64,000 nt of DNA from Paraspadella gotoi. Its lineage: Eukaryota; Animalia; Chaetognatha. Of this stretch, positions 12,084-43,361 are shown piece after piece. Location: positions 24,476,664 to 24,540,663 of the forward strand of contig CM119264.1 in assembly GCA_051294375.1 (NCBI GenBank). Reading direction: 5' to 3'. The translations under genes were made by a program, and so were the position numbers. The notes beneath the pieces are model-generated. The model had not been told where the DNA came from. It saw only the letters and a program-made list of their open reading frames with translations, and made no database searches. Within the stretch, counting starts at the first letter, position 1, and every line of letters starts with the position of its first letter.

Positions 12084-12241
12084 TTAGAGACAGTTTGAGT
12101 TTAGTTTTTTTCTTTCTCTCTTGACATTTACACAAAATATTTTCCAAATTCAATTACGCTGATGAAGCTTGAAATGAAGCCAAAACATGTCTGTTTTACA
12201 ATAAACAAAATCTTTCAAAACTAAACTCAAACTGTCTCTAA
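12084..12241 (+). mobile_element. Mini Penelope-like remnant with degenerate hammerhead (copy 1)
   Basis: 25-bp perfect inverted repeats (12084-12108 and 12217-12241) around acgctgatgaagcttgaaatgaagccaaaacatgtc. The core GAAA reads AAAA in this copy. Confidence 0.7.
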
Positions 12242-12308
12242 CTTTGAGAAAAGATTTCAGAGAATATTTCATTAATAAAATCAACGGTTCCATCATCCAA
12301 GCGACACC

Positions 12309-12797
12309 ATGACAAAACATTTGGTTGTCTTGCTTTTCTTTGTTTGCTCTATCTCGGCCTAGTCTCGCCGACGGGGCAGTACACCCAGGTAATTTTAAGA
12401 TACTATCTGATTTATATTTGTAATAATGAAAAGTTGCTTTGACTGGCCGACGTTCATTTACAAATATATTTAGAAGCAACAAAGAAGCGATAGCCGATAT
12501 TTACCGAAAATTATCTTAGAGTAAGTATGGGGTTTTTCGTTCCCAGGCAACGAGGACAAACAAGGCGGAAAACGAGGCGGATTTGGCGCGCGAAAACGGA
12601 GAAGTCGAGATCGACGTCAAGCGTCTGCGGGCCAAGGATTTTGACCAAGATGACGACGGCAAAGACGATGTAAGAAAGACAACGACGACCGACGACGTCG
12701 GAGAGGTCAACAGCGACGACGCACGACGACGACACGACGACGCCGGAGAGACAACAGCGACGACGACGGCGACGACGACGGCGACGACGACGGCGAC
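12309..12797 (+). pseudogene. Partial second copy (exon 1, intron 1, part of exon 2) of the secreted acidic protein gene
   Basis: Same ATG, signal-peptide exon and Asp-rich exon as 58317-58817, but with indels, an in-frame TAG and truncation at an N gap. May be a redundant, error-prone assembly copy. Confidence 0.6.
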
Positions 12798-15247
12798 NNN
12801 NNNNNNNNNNNNNNNNNNNNNNNNNNNNNNNNNNNNNNNNNNNNNNNNNNNNNNNNNNNNNNNNNNNNNNNNNNNNNNNNNNNNNNNNNNNNNNNNNTTC
12901 CTCCGTCCGATCCTCTTTTTTTCCCCCATCGTTTTCTTTTCTTTCGCTTCTCTGTTTTATCCTTTCTTTTCTTTTCTTTTTTTTTTCTTTTCTTTTTTAA
13001 ACGACAAAGCAACTTGAAGAAAATCGGGCCGAGGTTGTGGCTCGATCCCGCTAACCTCATCATCGTCTTAATTTAAGTCTAAATTATCGTCGCGGCGGAG
13101 GTATGCTGTACAGTCAGCTGCGCCGATTTTCGTTCGTGGGCACACATATATGTGGGCAGTTCAGTGCTATGTTGTTATGCAGTATTATGATATGTATTGG
13201 ATACTCCATCTTTTTTTGTGCTGTCGGAGCTTTCGTCTTCTCTATGTCCTTTCACGACGCTCCAACGGTCGTCTTCAAATCGTTGTCCTTATTTACCCGT
13301 CCAAAAGTCCGTGCGTCCGTCTTCATCGTCGTCGTTTCTCGCGGTCGTTCACATTAACGGCTCTCACAGGTCCTATGTTATTCATCGTGTTCATCCACAT
13401 TGGAGCTTCATTTTGTCATCGTTGGTCGTTTCCGTCGTCGTCAATCCCCATTTACATCTTAATATGTTGTAGTCATTTTGCCTTGTCGTTGGTCGGCACA
13501 TTGACGATCTCCAAATCCGGTCGTCGTCGGCTCGTCGGGGTCCGTTTCCCCGGCTCGGTCTTCGCGCGTCGGGTAAAAATACCGACAATGTCGAGAAGGT
13601 ACGCATAGTTAGTTAGATACTTCACTCCCTTTCCGGACATCGAAATTGAATAATTATCCAAAATCTCTTTTTCGTCAAGAAAGGTAAAAAGAACCGGGCG
13701 ACGCCAAATCGACAGTTCCTGCTTCTCCGCCCCGAAGAGGAGACGGCGCCTACCCGAAGTCGTCGTGGCACCCGGACGCCGGCAGCGACGGCGGCGGCGG
13801 GTCATTTCCCTTCGCTTGGAAGGCGGTTCAAATTTTCGCGGAAAGAAGTCGGAAACCTCCTCTTTTTTCTTTTTTCTCTCTCTTTCCCTTTATATCCTTT
13901 GCGAATAGAGACGAGAGAACGCCAGTGAGTAGGGAGACCCGAGAGAGAGACGGAGAAGAAGAAGAGAGAGAGAGGAGAGAGAGAGAGAGAAGAGACAGAG
14001 AGAGAAAGAGAGAAGAGAAGAGAGAAGAGAGAGAGACGCTTATCCACACAAAGGCCCAAACCCAAACAGACGGTTGCCAAATTCGGGCGACCGCTGACTT
14101 TCATCGTCGCTACCGCCCGGGGACGAATTGGTTGAGGGGGAACACCGGGGGGGTGGGAGAACTGGAGAGGGGAGACGGAAGCGGGGAGGAGTCTGGGGGG
14201 AAGCACTTTAGGAAAGCGAATATGATGGCAAAAGGGGGGGCCCCGGATATATACCCCCTCCCCCCTCCCCCGTTTTCCCGGGGGCCCCCAACGCGAAAGT
14301 CAACGACGCGCGCCTCCTGTCGCGACGCTAGTGACGCAGTGGTACAGCTCTGAAAATCTGTCGGCGTCCACGCTAGACAGTCCGAGGTCCTCCTCCTCCA
14401 GCCGCCCGGGGTCTCCCGTTTTAAGGTTGGTTTCTTCTTTCTGTTCTTTTTCTTTTCTTAACAAATTGGTTATCACCATCTTTCTTCTTTCTTTCCTTTC
14501 TTTCTCTTTCTTTTCTTTCTTTCTCTATCTTCTTTGGTTGTACTCTTCAATCTTTCCTTCTTTTCCCTATCCAGTTCTCTCTTCCCCTTTCCTCCCAATC
14601 CCTTCCTCCCTCTCTATCTCCATCCTTCTCTCCCTTCTCCTCTCTCCCCCTCCCCCCCTCGTCCTCCACCGGGTCTCCATCACTAAATATCCGGGATTCC
14701 GGACCCACAATTTTTCTTCGGGACCAAACGTTTTATTTCGGACAACGAAGTGACTCTTCCTTCACCCCTAATTTACTCTTTCGCTTTTTTTTTTCCCACT
14801 TTCCCCTCTTTTTCTTTTCTTTTCTTATCTTCGTGCCGCTCCTAATTTTTTTTCCCCCAATCGTTTCTTTTCTTCCGCTTCTCTGTTTTAACTTTTCTTT
14901 GCTTTTTCTCTTATCCTATTTTTTTTTTTTTTTTTTTCTTTTTCCTTTTTTTTATCAGCCTTGCCTCATTTAACCTCTATCACGACGAATTGTCGACTTG
15001 GAGACTGAGAATTCTTTCTTTCTTTTTTTTTTTTCCCCTTTATTTCTGTTTTTTCGTTTATTATCTTCTGTTCTTTATTNNNNNNNNNNNNNNNNNNNNN
15101 NNNNACTTCCTTTTTTCTCTTTTTTACTCTGTATGTTAATTATTATTAGTCTTCCTCACTTTTTCTGGATCTTTCCTCGGGTCCATCTTTACTAGTATCC
15201 ATTTTTTACTATATCTGTTCCCCCCTCACAATTAACTCTTTCTCTTT

Positions 15248-15287
<40 letters not shown>

Positions 15288-15319
15288 CTTTCTCTCTCTC
15301 TCTCTCTCTCTCGATTATT

Positions 15320-15602
15320 AAAGAAATCGATACTTTCGCCCCCCAAGATTATGTTGTCCCACGTTACGACCTTTTTCTTCATTTTTTTCACCAAGTTTTT
15401 CTCAATCTCAGTCTTCATTGTCACTTCTTTCACTTTCCTCGTCCATTCATTGTCAATACTCTCCTTTCTAGTTCCAACTTAGAATTTTTATTTCGATTTT
15501 CCTCATCCGATTCTACTTTTTCTTTCCTACTTATAAACTTTAAAACTTTTTTCTTACTTTCTTACTTTCTTACTTTCTTCTTCTTCCCTACTTGTCATCC
15601 TC
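15320..15602 (+). repeat. Direct repeat X, copy 1 (copy 2 at 24887-25172)
   Basis: aaagaaatcgatactttcgcccccc...cttgtcatcctc occurs in both places, each preceded by (TC)n. Confidence 0.95.
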
Positions 15603-15627
15603 NNNNNNNNNNNNNNNNNNNNNNNNN

Positions 15628-25172
<9,545 letters not shown>

Positions 25173-25454
25173 CTTTATGAAATTGGTTACAACCAATATA
25201 AAAAATTATCCATTCCATCTTAATAAATAAGCTAACTTGCCCCTGACTTTGTTTTACTTCTTTTCTTGTCTAAGTTAAGTACGATACAATATTAATATCT
25301 TATATTTTCATCTCCTCTTTCTATATTCTCCATCCTCCCATTTTCCTCTTCTTTCGCGCTCCCTTCATCCTTCCCTTTCTCTCTCCACCCTTCTTCTCCC
25401 ACTCCCTAAAGAGGCGTCTCTACGGAGCGACGACCACGACACGCACATCACTGC

Positions 25455-25720
25455 GCGACCGACCGACAGACCAGCACCGAACCGACACCGGACCGACCCG
25501 ACGACCCGACCGACCGAACCGACCCGACGACGACCGATCCCACGAGACCCCGATGCGACCGAGGTTCCCGAGCCACCGATCCGACCGACGCTCCGGCCGT
25601 AGCGACCGACCGACCGACCGATAACACCGCCGAACGACCACACCCCGGACACCGACCGAACCGACCGACCGACCCCGACCGACCGCCACCCGGATCGGAC
25701 GCAGACCGACCCCGACGCTG
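25455..25720 (+). repeat. Degenerate (CCGA)n tetranucleotide tract
   Basis: cgaccgaccgacagacc...ccgaccgaaccgacc runs in the palindrome spacer. Confidence 0.85.
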
Positions 25721-25959
25721 ACGGGTTTTTTCATTCCTTCTTGACATTTCTCATCAAAATAATTAAATAAATATTTGGTAAAACTCCGAGGGTCCATTTC
25801 GATCATGGGACGGGTGAGGTTTTTGGTAAGCGGCGGGGGAGGAAGCGGAGGCTAGGACGGGTGAGGCATAGGTGTGCGTGCAAGGCGGGGGTAAGTGAAG
25901 GGACGTAGTGCGTTGCCGGCAAAGGTGTGTTAGCAGCAGTTGGGATGAAGTGTGAGTAG

Positions 25960-34170
<8,211 letters not shown>

Positions 34171-34205
34171 GACCCATAATTCAAAATAAAAATGCCCATC
34201 GCTCG

Positions 34206-34270
<65 letters not shown>

Positions 34271-34681
34271 CTCCTCTCTCTCTGGTTTCTTTGGTTGTTG
34301 TTTATTGTCTTCGTCGGCGTTGGTCTCGGTTTTGTTTGAACAGCAAGCGACGTCGTTGTCGCTATTGTCGTCGGCGATTTCGTCGTCTTTGTCGTCATGG
34401 TCAGAATTTTCGCGTTTGTAATTGTCGCTATCGTCATGTTTGTTGACGTCGACGTCTTCACCGTAATAACTTTTATCGTCGTTGTCGTCTTCGTCTTTAC
34501 TGTCGTTGTTGTTCGTCGTCGATGTCGTCGTCGTCGTCGTCCCTAATACATAGTGGCCCACAACACCCTCGTCAGAATCGTCATTATTTTCCGTCGTCGT
34601 TTTTTTTTTGTCGGTGCTTATGCGATGGAATCGATTCACGAATCTCCTCCGAGCGGCGGGGGGTCGAACGGCGAAGGAAAA

Positions 34682-34780
<99 letters not shown>

Positions 34781-36060
34781 ATGATAGGGTCGAACCGTCA
34801 AGTGTTCGGAGGAAAAGGGAAAAGGAGAAGAGATTCCAGAAATCGGAGAAGTTAAAGTTGGGAAATATGGGAGAATGCCGTTGGGAAGATGGGAGAAAAG
34901 AGTTTGTAAGAATACATAGGAGAATAGTTGAGAGAAACCAAAAAAGATATTTGTCTACATAATAGAAAAATGAGAGTTGCCAATGGAAGTGAAATAGAAG
35001 GTTTTTCAAGTGAAAGTCAAAATATTCCGAGAAAGATGAAAGATGAAAAGTATGTGGGAAAGGGATATCACTGCGAGAGAGAAAAGTCGCCGTTGTGAAA
35101 AAAAAATAGTGTGAAAAGAAAAAAAGTGAGTCTCGTCGATTTGCAAAGTCGGGTCACCGACGGAGTGAGAACCACGAAAGGGGTCACGGGAATGCGGAGA
35201 GGGGGGGGGGAATGGGGATACGGGGGAGGGACGGGGGGGAGGCTATTAGTATTCAGTTTTGACTTGTGCAGCGACGGAAGGGGAAAATGGTTTCGTACTG
35301 AGGGCTGATTTTTGTGGCCGCTTCGGTTGTTGTGGCTTCGCTGATATTTTTTTTGTATAAATGAACAACTTTGACACAGTATCGCTAGTTTAAAACGAAA
35401 CTAGTTAGTCAAATTCACCCTCAACGAAGACAATGTCGAAATGTCGAAATCATTCTTTAACTTCTTTTTATTTCCGCGAAAAAAAAAAAAAAAGGAAACG
35501 TCGCTCAGAAGAAAATTAGTTTTCAATAATTGATTTCTAATAGGACATCGTTTGAGCGCCAAGTCTCTTTTGGATGTTTTAAATATTTATTCTTGAGTGT
35601 AACAGGCCTTTGGTCAAACCTGAATTATTAACTTGGACTACTTTCTTTGTGCGAGAAAAATAGGGATAAATGGGTTGTCGAATTTACGCGTTCAAAAAAG
35701 TAAATTGAAAAAGAAATTATTTATAATTATTTATTATAAATTTATTTATAATTATATAATTATTTATAATTTTAAAAAATGAAGATATATAATTGATTCG
35801 GTAGAGAGCAAAAACTTCAAACAAGACTAGGTTCTATTTCAGATCTATTTCAAAAATTAATTGATGGAGAAAATCTGCTATATTTATCTAGTGAAATAAA
35901 CAATTAAACAGACTTTAAAAAAAAAAATAAATCACGAATGTCCTTTAGAAACAAAACCAAACGAAGAAAAGAAGAGCATCCGAGCGGAAGGACCTGACGA
36001 CGGAAAAAGTGAGTATCTTACTTGTCGTCGGCAGCAAGCCAAAGTTCTCTCATGCTTCTC

Positions 36061-36105
<45 letters not shown>

Positions 36106-36109
36106 CTCG

Positions 36110-36147
<38 letters not shown>

Positions 36148-37042
36148 TCTCTCTCTCTCGTCATTAATAACTACAAACTCATCTCATATAATCGCTATTA
36201 GGCGAATTGTTCTTCCTCTTGCTCGGAGGGAACATCGTGCCCCGCCGTTCGTCGCTTAGCAACGTTGTTTAAGCGCTTCATCAAGCATTCTGTCAAATAT
36301 GTTCTCCCCTCTCATCGTCATATTGCGACCACATCCGTCTGGATTTATCCGGGCACGTTACTCCGCCATTCGCCGGTTAAAAAAAACCGATTCCCAGCGG
36401 AAAATTTAAGGGTGAAAGAAATTCGGGAGTTAGTTAAAAATCGTTGAATTTAAATACGTGATTCCGGGGAACGAAGTAGAAAGGCCACTCGTTAGGGAGT
36501 CAAACAATCCTAATATGAAAAGTGGAAAAGTTTTTATAAAAAGAACCTTTTCACTTCTTTCCTCACTTACTTACTTATCTCTCATCATTCCCCCTTTTTT
36601 CCCCGCCTTATTTCTCTTTTTCATTTGTAACGTTCTCATTCATAGTATCATTGTAACACGGTGTCATTGTATCGTTGTACCATTGAGTCATTGCGTAGAA
36701 TTAGGCGAATATAAAAAAAAAAAGATTCCTTCTCGTTTCTTTCCTGTTTCTTAATTCGCCTTCATATCCTTTTTTCCCCTCTTTTTACATCTTATCCTTC
36801 CTTTCTTCCTCCTCTTTTTCTTTCCTCATTCCTTTCTCCCTCCTCCTCATCCTTTTCCTCCACCCTTTTTGATTCTCCTCTCCCATTCTTCCTCCTTTCC
36901 TCCTTTCGAACCAACGACATTACAATCCTTCGACCGCGCCCGAGTGAAAGGGACTCATTAAGGTAGCGACGCAGAGAAAGGAATGGCGCGCTTTAGTTAC
37001 AACGCGGAAGAGAAAGAGAGAGAGAGAGAGAGAGAAGAAGAT

Positions 37043-37097
<55 letters not shown>

Positions 37098-37925
37098 GGG
37101 GAGAACAGAGGAGTGAAAGGTGACGCAGCTGAACGATTGGTGAGAAAAGAGGACGCCGCTGAAAGAAGCCAAATCACTGGTTGCCGGAGATTCGAGATGG
37201 GACAATCAACATTAGGTAATGCTACTTGTCAGTGTTTGTACACTTGAAAAATGATTCTTTATCTCTCTCTCTCTCTCTTTCCCTCCCTCCCTCCCTCTCT
37301 CCTGTATAAAATACTAATTCGTCCTCTAAAATGTTTCGAAATGCCTCGCCATGCCTCTCAATGCTCCTTGCCCCGTAATTCCTCGACCCCAACGGACGCA
37401 GTCAGATGCAACGCCTTCGACAAGCGTCGCGCGGTGGAAGATTGCGCATGCGCGTTCCGGTGACGCGACGCGTCGCGTGCGAACAATCTAATTCTGGCTT
37501 GACAAAAAAAAAAAGAGGAAAACCGCCGAATGGCTTGAAAAAGTGGGGGGGCGGAGAGGGGGAGGAAGAGTAATAGAAAATAAGACAAAAGACTGAAGAG
37601 GAAAAGACAAAAATGGAGAAAAGGAGTGAGAGAGAGAATGAGAGACAGAAGAGAAGAGAGAGAGGAGAGAGAGAGAAGAGAGAGAGAGAGAGAAGAGAAG
37701 AGAGAGAGAGAGGAGAGAGAAGGAGAGAGAGAGAAAAGAAAGTGAGAGAAGAAGAAAGCAGACAGAGAGAGAGAGAGAGAAGAGAGAGAAAGAGAGAGGA
37801 GAGAGAAGAGAGAGAGAAGTTAGAGAATGGAGAGAATAAGAAAGGAAAAATGTTTTCTCTTTCCGCCTTTTGCCTAGTAATCTCGATGCGTCTCTCTCTC
37901 TTTTTCTCTCTCTGTCTCTGTCTCT

Positions 37926-37976
<51 letters not shown>

Positions 37977-38073
37977 CTCTCTCCTCTCTCTCTCTCTTCT
38001 CTCTCCTCCTTTTTTTTCTCACGTGATTCCCGATCCATCATGAATAATAAGTGAAGTTTCCGGCCACGGCTTC

Positions 38074-38074
38074 T

Positions 38075-38139
<65 letters not shown>
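38074..38139 (+). repeat. (TCG)n microsatellite
   Basis: Perfect tcgtcgtcg run; a similar run lies at 45656-45705. Confidence 0.95.
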
Positions 38140-38140
<1 letters not shown>

Positions 38141-38419
38141 TGGACAAAAAAAGAATCTGAAGGGGAAATTCGTTGGAATCCAAGTCGTTCGCTTTTCGTC
38201 GCTCAGAAATTCGAGTTATGTCCTAATAGAAGTCGGAACTTGTCCTTCTCTATCCATTTTATATTTTATGTCCTTCCCATTTCATAGGGGTCGGGAAATC
38301 GTTAGGTTTGTCTCCAGTTCCTTTTCATTTTTATAATATAAGGCAGTTTCTCATTAGTGAAATAGCCCCATCTTTAATATTGTAAAATTCGGTAGGACGA
38401 GGACCTTTCCTTTTTCTCG

Positions 38420-38766
38420 TACCATTTGGGCACTCTTTTCCCAGAGCGCCCCATTTTGGTTCCTTTAGCCCAGAATCTAATTTTAATTTTTAATATTTAA
38501 CCTTGATATATTTTTTAATTTATTACCTAATCCTTAAGTCAAATCCCTATCTTTAATGCCTAACCCCTTATCCTTAATCCCTAACCCCCTATCCTGAACC
38601 TAAACCTTAAATTCTTATCCTAAATTTTTAACCATAACCCTTAACACTAATCATAAAGCTAATTTTGAACCTTAATGTATAACTTAATCTTTAACTGAAA
38701 AAATTTTCCTATTTCTATATTTAAGATGAAATGGGGCGTTTTTGGATAATAAAGCCGAAATGGGTA
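38420..38766. mobile_element. MITE-like element with ~37-bp imperfect TIRs and internal (CCCTAA)-like hexamers
   Basis: Left end taccatttgggcactcttttcccagagcgccccattt; right end reverse-complemented tacccatttcggctttattatccaaaaacgccccattt. The interior is made of cctaac / ccttaa / ccctaa variants. Confidence 0.6.
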
Positions 38767-39656
38767 ATATAGTTCTAACCGCGATTACCCTAATTAAGAC
38801 GTAAGTCTCCAATTTTGAATCCCCAAGAAGACGAGCTAATTTTCTTTTCAAAATCTACCGATTCCATAGAATATTGTAGAGAAAATGGCCACCTTTTCTT
38901 TTAATAACGTTCTCGTGCTTCCCTTCGATTTTCATCGCTCGAAACCCTCGCGCGCCCTCTATGCCGCGTTTTCCTTTCGCAGACAAAAGACGTCCACCAT
39001 TTTTTCCCCTTTGTTTTTACTTTGTTTTTACTTTTCTGTCGAGTGTCGCTTTATTATGAAGTCGGAAAAGAATGAACCGGCGTCGGCAGCGGTGGCGGCA
39101 GCGGCGGCGTCGGCGGCGGCTGCGGCGGCGACGAGCTCTCTCGTTAAAAGCCCTGGAAAGAGACGAGCGCTCTTTTGTCTGGACGTTGACGCCGTTAGAT
39201 GACGTTATCGCCGTTCGACGACAGCGACGATGGAGGCGACGATGACTACGACGACGATGTGTACGCCCCCTTCCGTGACACTTTTTTTTTATTCATTTGA
39301 CGCCGATGATGAGGATGAAGACGACGACAACGACGACGGCGAGGGGGAAATCTCGATGACATTCTTGTTCTTCAAATGACGAAGACGACGACGACGAAAA
39401 CGACGACGACGAAAACGACGACGACGATGTTGTTTTTTTTTCTTTCTTTTTTTGCCGGCGATATGGAAATGGCGGCGAGGAGACCTTTGCGACGCCCGGG
39501 GGAAGAAGAGGCGGCGTCCTCTGCGGAGAGGGAATGGAATGGAAACTGGAAAGAGGATGAAAACGGATGGATGGATAAAGAAGAGAAGGATAGAGGGATA
39601 AAGAAGAAATGTATTTGATGTATTAAAAAATAAAATTATGTTTTTTTAGTATTAAT

Positions 39657-39659
39657 ATA

Positions 39660-39751
<92 letters not shown>

Positions 39752-39752
39752 T
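39657..39752 (+). repeat. (TAA)n microsatellite
   Basis: Perfect taataataa run. Confidence 0.95.
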
Positions 39753-40549
39753 AAACATCAAAAATTATTTTTGTTAAAAATCCAGTTTATCTTTAATGAT
39801 CCAAAGTTTATAAAGAAGTCGTAACAGATATAATTAAAGGTCATAATAATTGTAATTATGCATTATGCAACATTTAGGTCATAATAAATGGAATACTACA
39901 ATATGCAAATGAGATTAAAAATCTAATTAAAGGGAATCTCTTTTACGCGACAGAAAAAAAGGAAAAACTGAATTATGATTATTTCTTTTTTTCGACGCAA
40001 TGAAACGAGATTTAGTTCAAAAGGACAGAAAGGAATGGATGTAACGAGATGGTTATAAAATGAAAAGGATACAACGGGGAAAGGATTCTCCGCTTATAAC
40101 GAAAACGAATAGAACGGACGGCCGGCTTTCCCGCGATATCCCTCGCCACCGCTCTTGCCACTTCTCCGCCTGTGGTATGAAAGATGCCGCTTGCCACACT
40201 CGTTGCCATCAACGTTGTCTCTACTTTGTCCGCTTTATTAACGATACCATCGCTCGACGTCCGCAATAAGCTTTAAACCGCGCCGCCGATGGTAAGTTAA
40301 TGTTCAATATCACCGTCAAGCGGCTAACCCTATCATCTGCCAAATTTTCTCTTTCCATCTCCACTCCCACTTTCTCTTTAATCTCACAACATCCAAAGTT
40401 GCGCTCCAATCTTCTTCTGGTTCCAATCTTTTCCAACTCCCACTTCGACCCACCGCCCTCCTGAAAGCCCCCCCCCCGTTTTTCTCCCTCTCTCTTTTCC
40501 AGCCTTAGATACTATCGTGTCATATACTCTCCTCTTTTCCGACGTCCAG

Positions 40550-40683
<134 letters not shown>

Positions 40684-41555
40684 CATCTCTCAGAAAAACC
40701 ACCTATCTGGTCGAAACACATGGCTTCCATCTTTTCTTGAACAAGGCAATCGCAAATGACGGTGGCCAATAATAACCAATAGTAAGATAGGGCAATGACA
40801 ATGTACATTGTACAATACTACACAATATACAATATAGTAATAAGTTAATCGCCTCATGTTTTAGCTTACATTCATCCCATTATTAACTCACTCTCTCTCC
40901 TCTTTCCATCTTTCCTTTTCCTGACATTCTCTCTCTCTCTCTCTTTCTCCCTCCCTCTCTCTCTCTCTCCTTCGCCTAAGCTTTTATTGTTATTGCTTTC
41001 ATTCATCCTTTTGTTTATATTTTTCTTGACTGAGACTAAGAACTGGTGACGCGCCTCGACACCGTCCCCGCCGCCATTTTGAAAACGTCGCTGTTGTCAA
41101 TAAAGGGACAAATAAACAAAGGGAGATAATACTCGAGCAAGAGAAATTTTGGATACGATGTCACTTATTTAGGACGGGATTAGGTCAGTTGGTTAGACTT
41201 TGGCTCCCACTGGCATAGTGGCCACTTCTCCTATTTTTGTCACCTAATTTGATGTTTCGCAATTTCCTAAATCCAGCTTTCTATCGTTTTCTTACCAGAA
41301 AACAAACGTAAATTAAAAAGTTTACTTCTCAGTTTATTAATGTTTATCTTTGAAATTATTATTTAAAACCGATTCAATTGTAAGTCGGACGTTAGCAATC
41401 AAATCATAGTTTAGATGATGACTTGGTTGTGCACTACTGAGATGACAACGACGACGACGACGATCACAACAATAACAACAACAACAAAAACAACAACTAG
41501 TTTTCTGGTCGTAAAAGAGGGAATCGAAACCGCGTCATCGTCATCGAAGCAAAGG

Positions 41556-41603
<48 letters not shown>

Positions 41604-41660
41604 GGGAAGGAGGGATTCCATTATCGACCATGGACGAGAGACCTGCATCTAACGACGGTC

Positions 41661-41742
41661 GAGTGATCAACAAGGTGATCAAAAGAGTGATCAACAGAGT
41701 GATTTTCACAGCTGGTGATCTATTAGGTGATCACTGATCAGC
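41661..41742 (+). repeat. Short 12-bp tandem repeat (gtgatcaacaga-like)
   Basis: gagtgatcaacaaggtgatcaaaagagtgatcaacagagtgat... Confidence 0.7.
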
Positions 41743-41949
41743 TGTAATAAAATGATGAATTGAGATCGAGTAGTAAACTGTAGTCACTAGACAAGGAATC
41801 ATTTTATTTCACTTGTCAATTCCTTTCACTTCACAAGTCACTTTACAATTGCTCTAAATATTTAGTGTAATTGTATACATAGTATTACATACATGTAGTC
41901 GGGCATTGCCTAGGTTCACCCCGCCTAGAATCATGACACTTTCAGTTGT

Positions 41950-42188
41950 GACCCGGTGGCTCATTGAGTAAAGCCATCAGCTCATGACCACTAGTTACCG
42001 GGTTCAATCCCAACCCGGTACCTACCCTGCGGGAAGCGTGAGGACGGCCGTAAGCCGCCTTGGGGGCATGGCAAACCCTCAAGTCTGGTTCCAAGCCCAG
42101 GGACCCGTTCCATGGCTGCTAGAGGGGGTTATAGAAGTTACGGACAGTCATCTTCAGCCCACGTAGCGCCTTATCCACATACATAACA
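41950..42188 (+). mobile_element. tRNA-derived SINE
   Basis: A-box-like ggtggctcattgagtaaagc, B-box gggttcaatccc at tRNA spacing, GC-rich body and a short (acat)n tail. Confidence 0.6.
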
Positions 42189-42337
42189 ATTTTCTTTAAA
42201 ATTGTTATGTATGCGACGGCCCGTCGTCGAGAAAACGACAACAACGACGACTTTGAACGGTAGTCAGGATTTTCTTGGTTTTTATTCCTCGTCGACGGTG
42301 ACGGTGACGACCACAACAGACAGGGAATTCAGTTGTG

Positions 42338-42379
<42 letters not shown>

Positions 42380-43028
42380 TAGTAGCTCTTTTTCGTCACA
42401 TGGGATGATTGGTCTGTCTACGTAAACAACCGCTTACCTCGAGGGTCTTAACTCTTCACTATCACTATCAGTACCGGTAATGATAGACTGTCTTGAACGC
42501 AGAAAACATTTCTTAGAAATAGTTTTTGCAAAATCTGCATCTACGCCTATAGCTTCTCTTGGGTTCGTCACTCTGCGTTCCAAACTTCTAATAGTTAATC
42601 TCCAATGCTGCCTCTTGAAGTTTAGATTTTCATCTTTGTCATATATTCCGAATTTCGGACATTAATTATTCGGCAATACTGAACACTAGAGTGATGTGAA
42701 AATGATAAAATTTTAGAAAATTAAAAAAATTTAGCATATAAAACATTGAAAATAAAAAACTAATAAAAATATTTTGGGTTAATTTATTTTTTTAATTTAT
42801 AAATTAGTGGGCACCAGTGAGCTATATTATTATATAGATTATATAATATATATATAATATATATATAATATAATAATATAGTAATAAGTATATAATAAGC
42901 TAAAATTTCAAATTGCAAATTTTTAAATTTTTAGATCTGATGTTGATAACCCTTTCGTTTTCGTTGTTATTAGGATTTAGAGAGAAAAACAAAGTTTTTA
43001 ATTGTGTACAACGAATTTAATTGGAGAT

Positions 43029-43069
43029 ACGGACATGTTTCGGCTCACATTTCGAGCCTTCATCAGCGT
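43029..43069 (-). ncRNA. Minimal type I hammerhead ribozyme
   Basis: Minus strand acg-CTGATGA-a-ggctc-gaaatgt-gagcc-GAAA-catgtc-cgt: intact core, 5-bp stem II, palindromic ACATGT stem III and a GUC cleavage triplet. Confidence 0.88.
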
Positions 43070-43107
43070 TTGCCATAAGGAAATTATTTGTTGCAAAAAG
43101 AAGGGTG

Positions 43108-43153
<46 letters not shown>

Positions 43154-43361
43154 TAGAGGTAAAGGTTTTCCAACAAAGTGGTGAGACAGAATAGTGGTCA
43201 GATGAGAGAACAGGCTGAAGTTGAGACAGATTGAGTGAGTTGTGGAAAAGAAATGAAATTTGTTAGAGAGAGAGAGAGAGGGAGGAGAGAGAAAGGGACA
43301 ACAGGGGGATAAATAAATAAGTATTAAAGATACATTTTGTAATGTCAACAAAAGTAAAAAT

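Larger units (their letters stand above)
10396..12797 (+). repeat. Segment B, direct duplicate of 56395-58817
   Basis: Near-identical sequence from attctaggaattttcttcg to the (GAC)n exon, with shared ORFs (MKWVKKKG..., MARENGEVE...). Confidence 0.95.

Noticed and set aside
13473-13805. 110-aa minus-strand ORF with a protein-like middle (DNYSISMSGKGVKYLTNYAYLLDIVG)
   Set aside because: Not assignable to a family, no clear splice partners, and adjacent sequence looks like low-quality consensus.
38505-38680. Interstitial telomere
   Set aside because: Hexamers are highly degenerate and enclosed by inverted repeats, better explained as the interior of a MITE.
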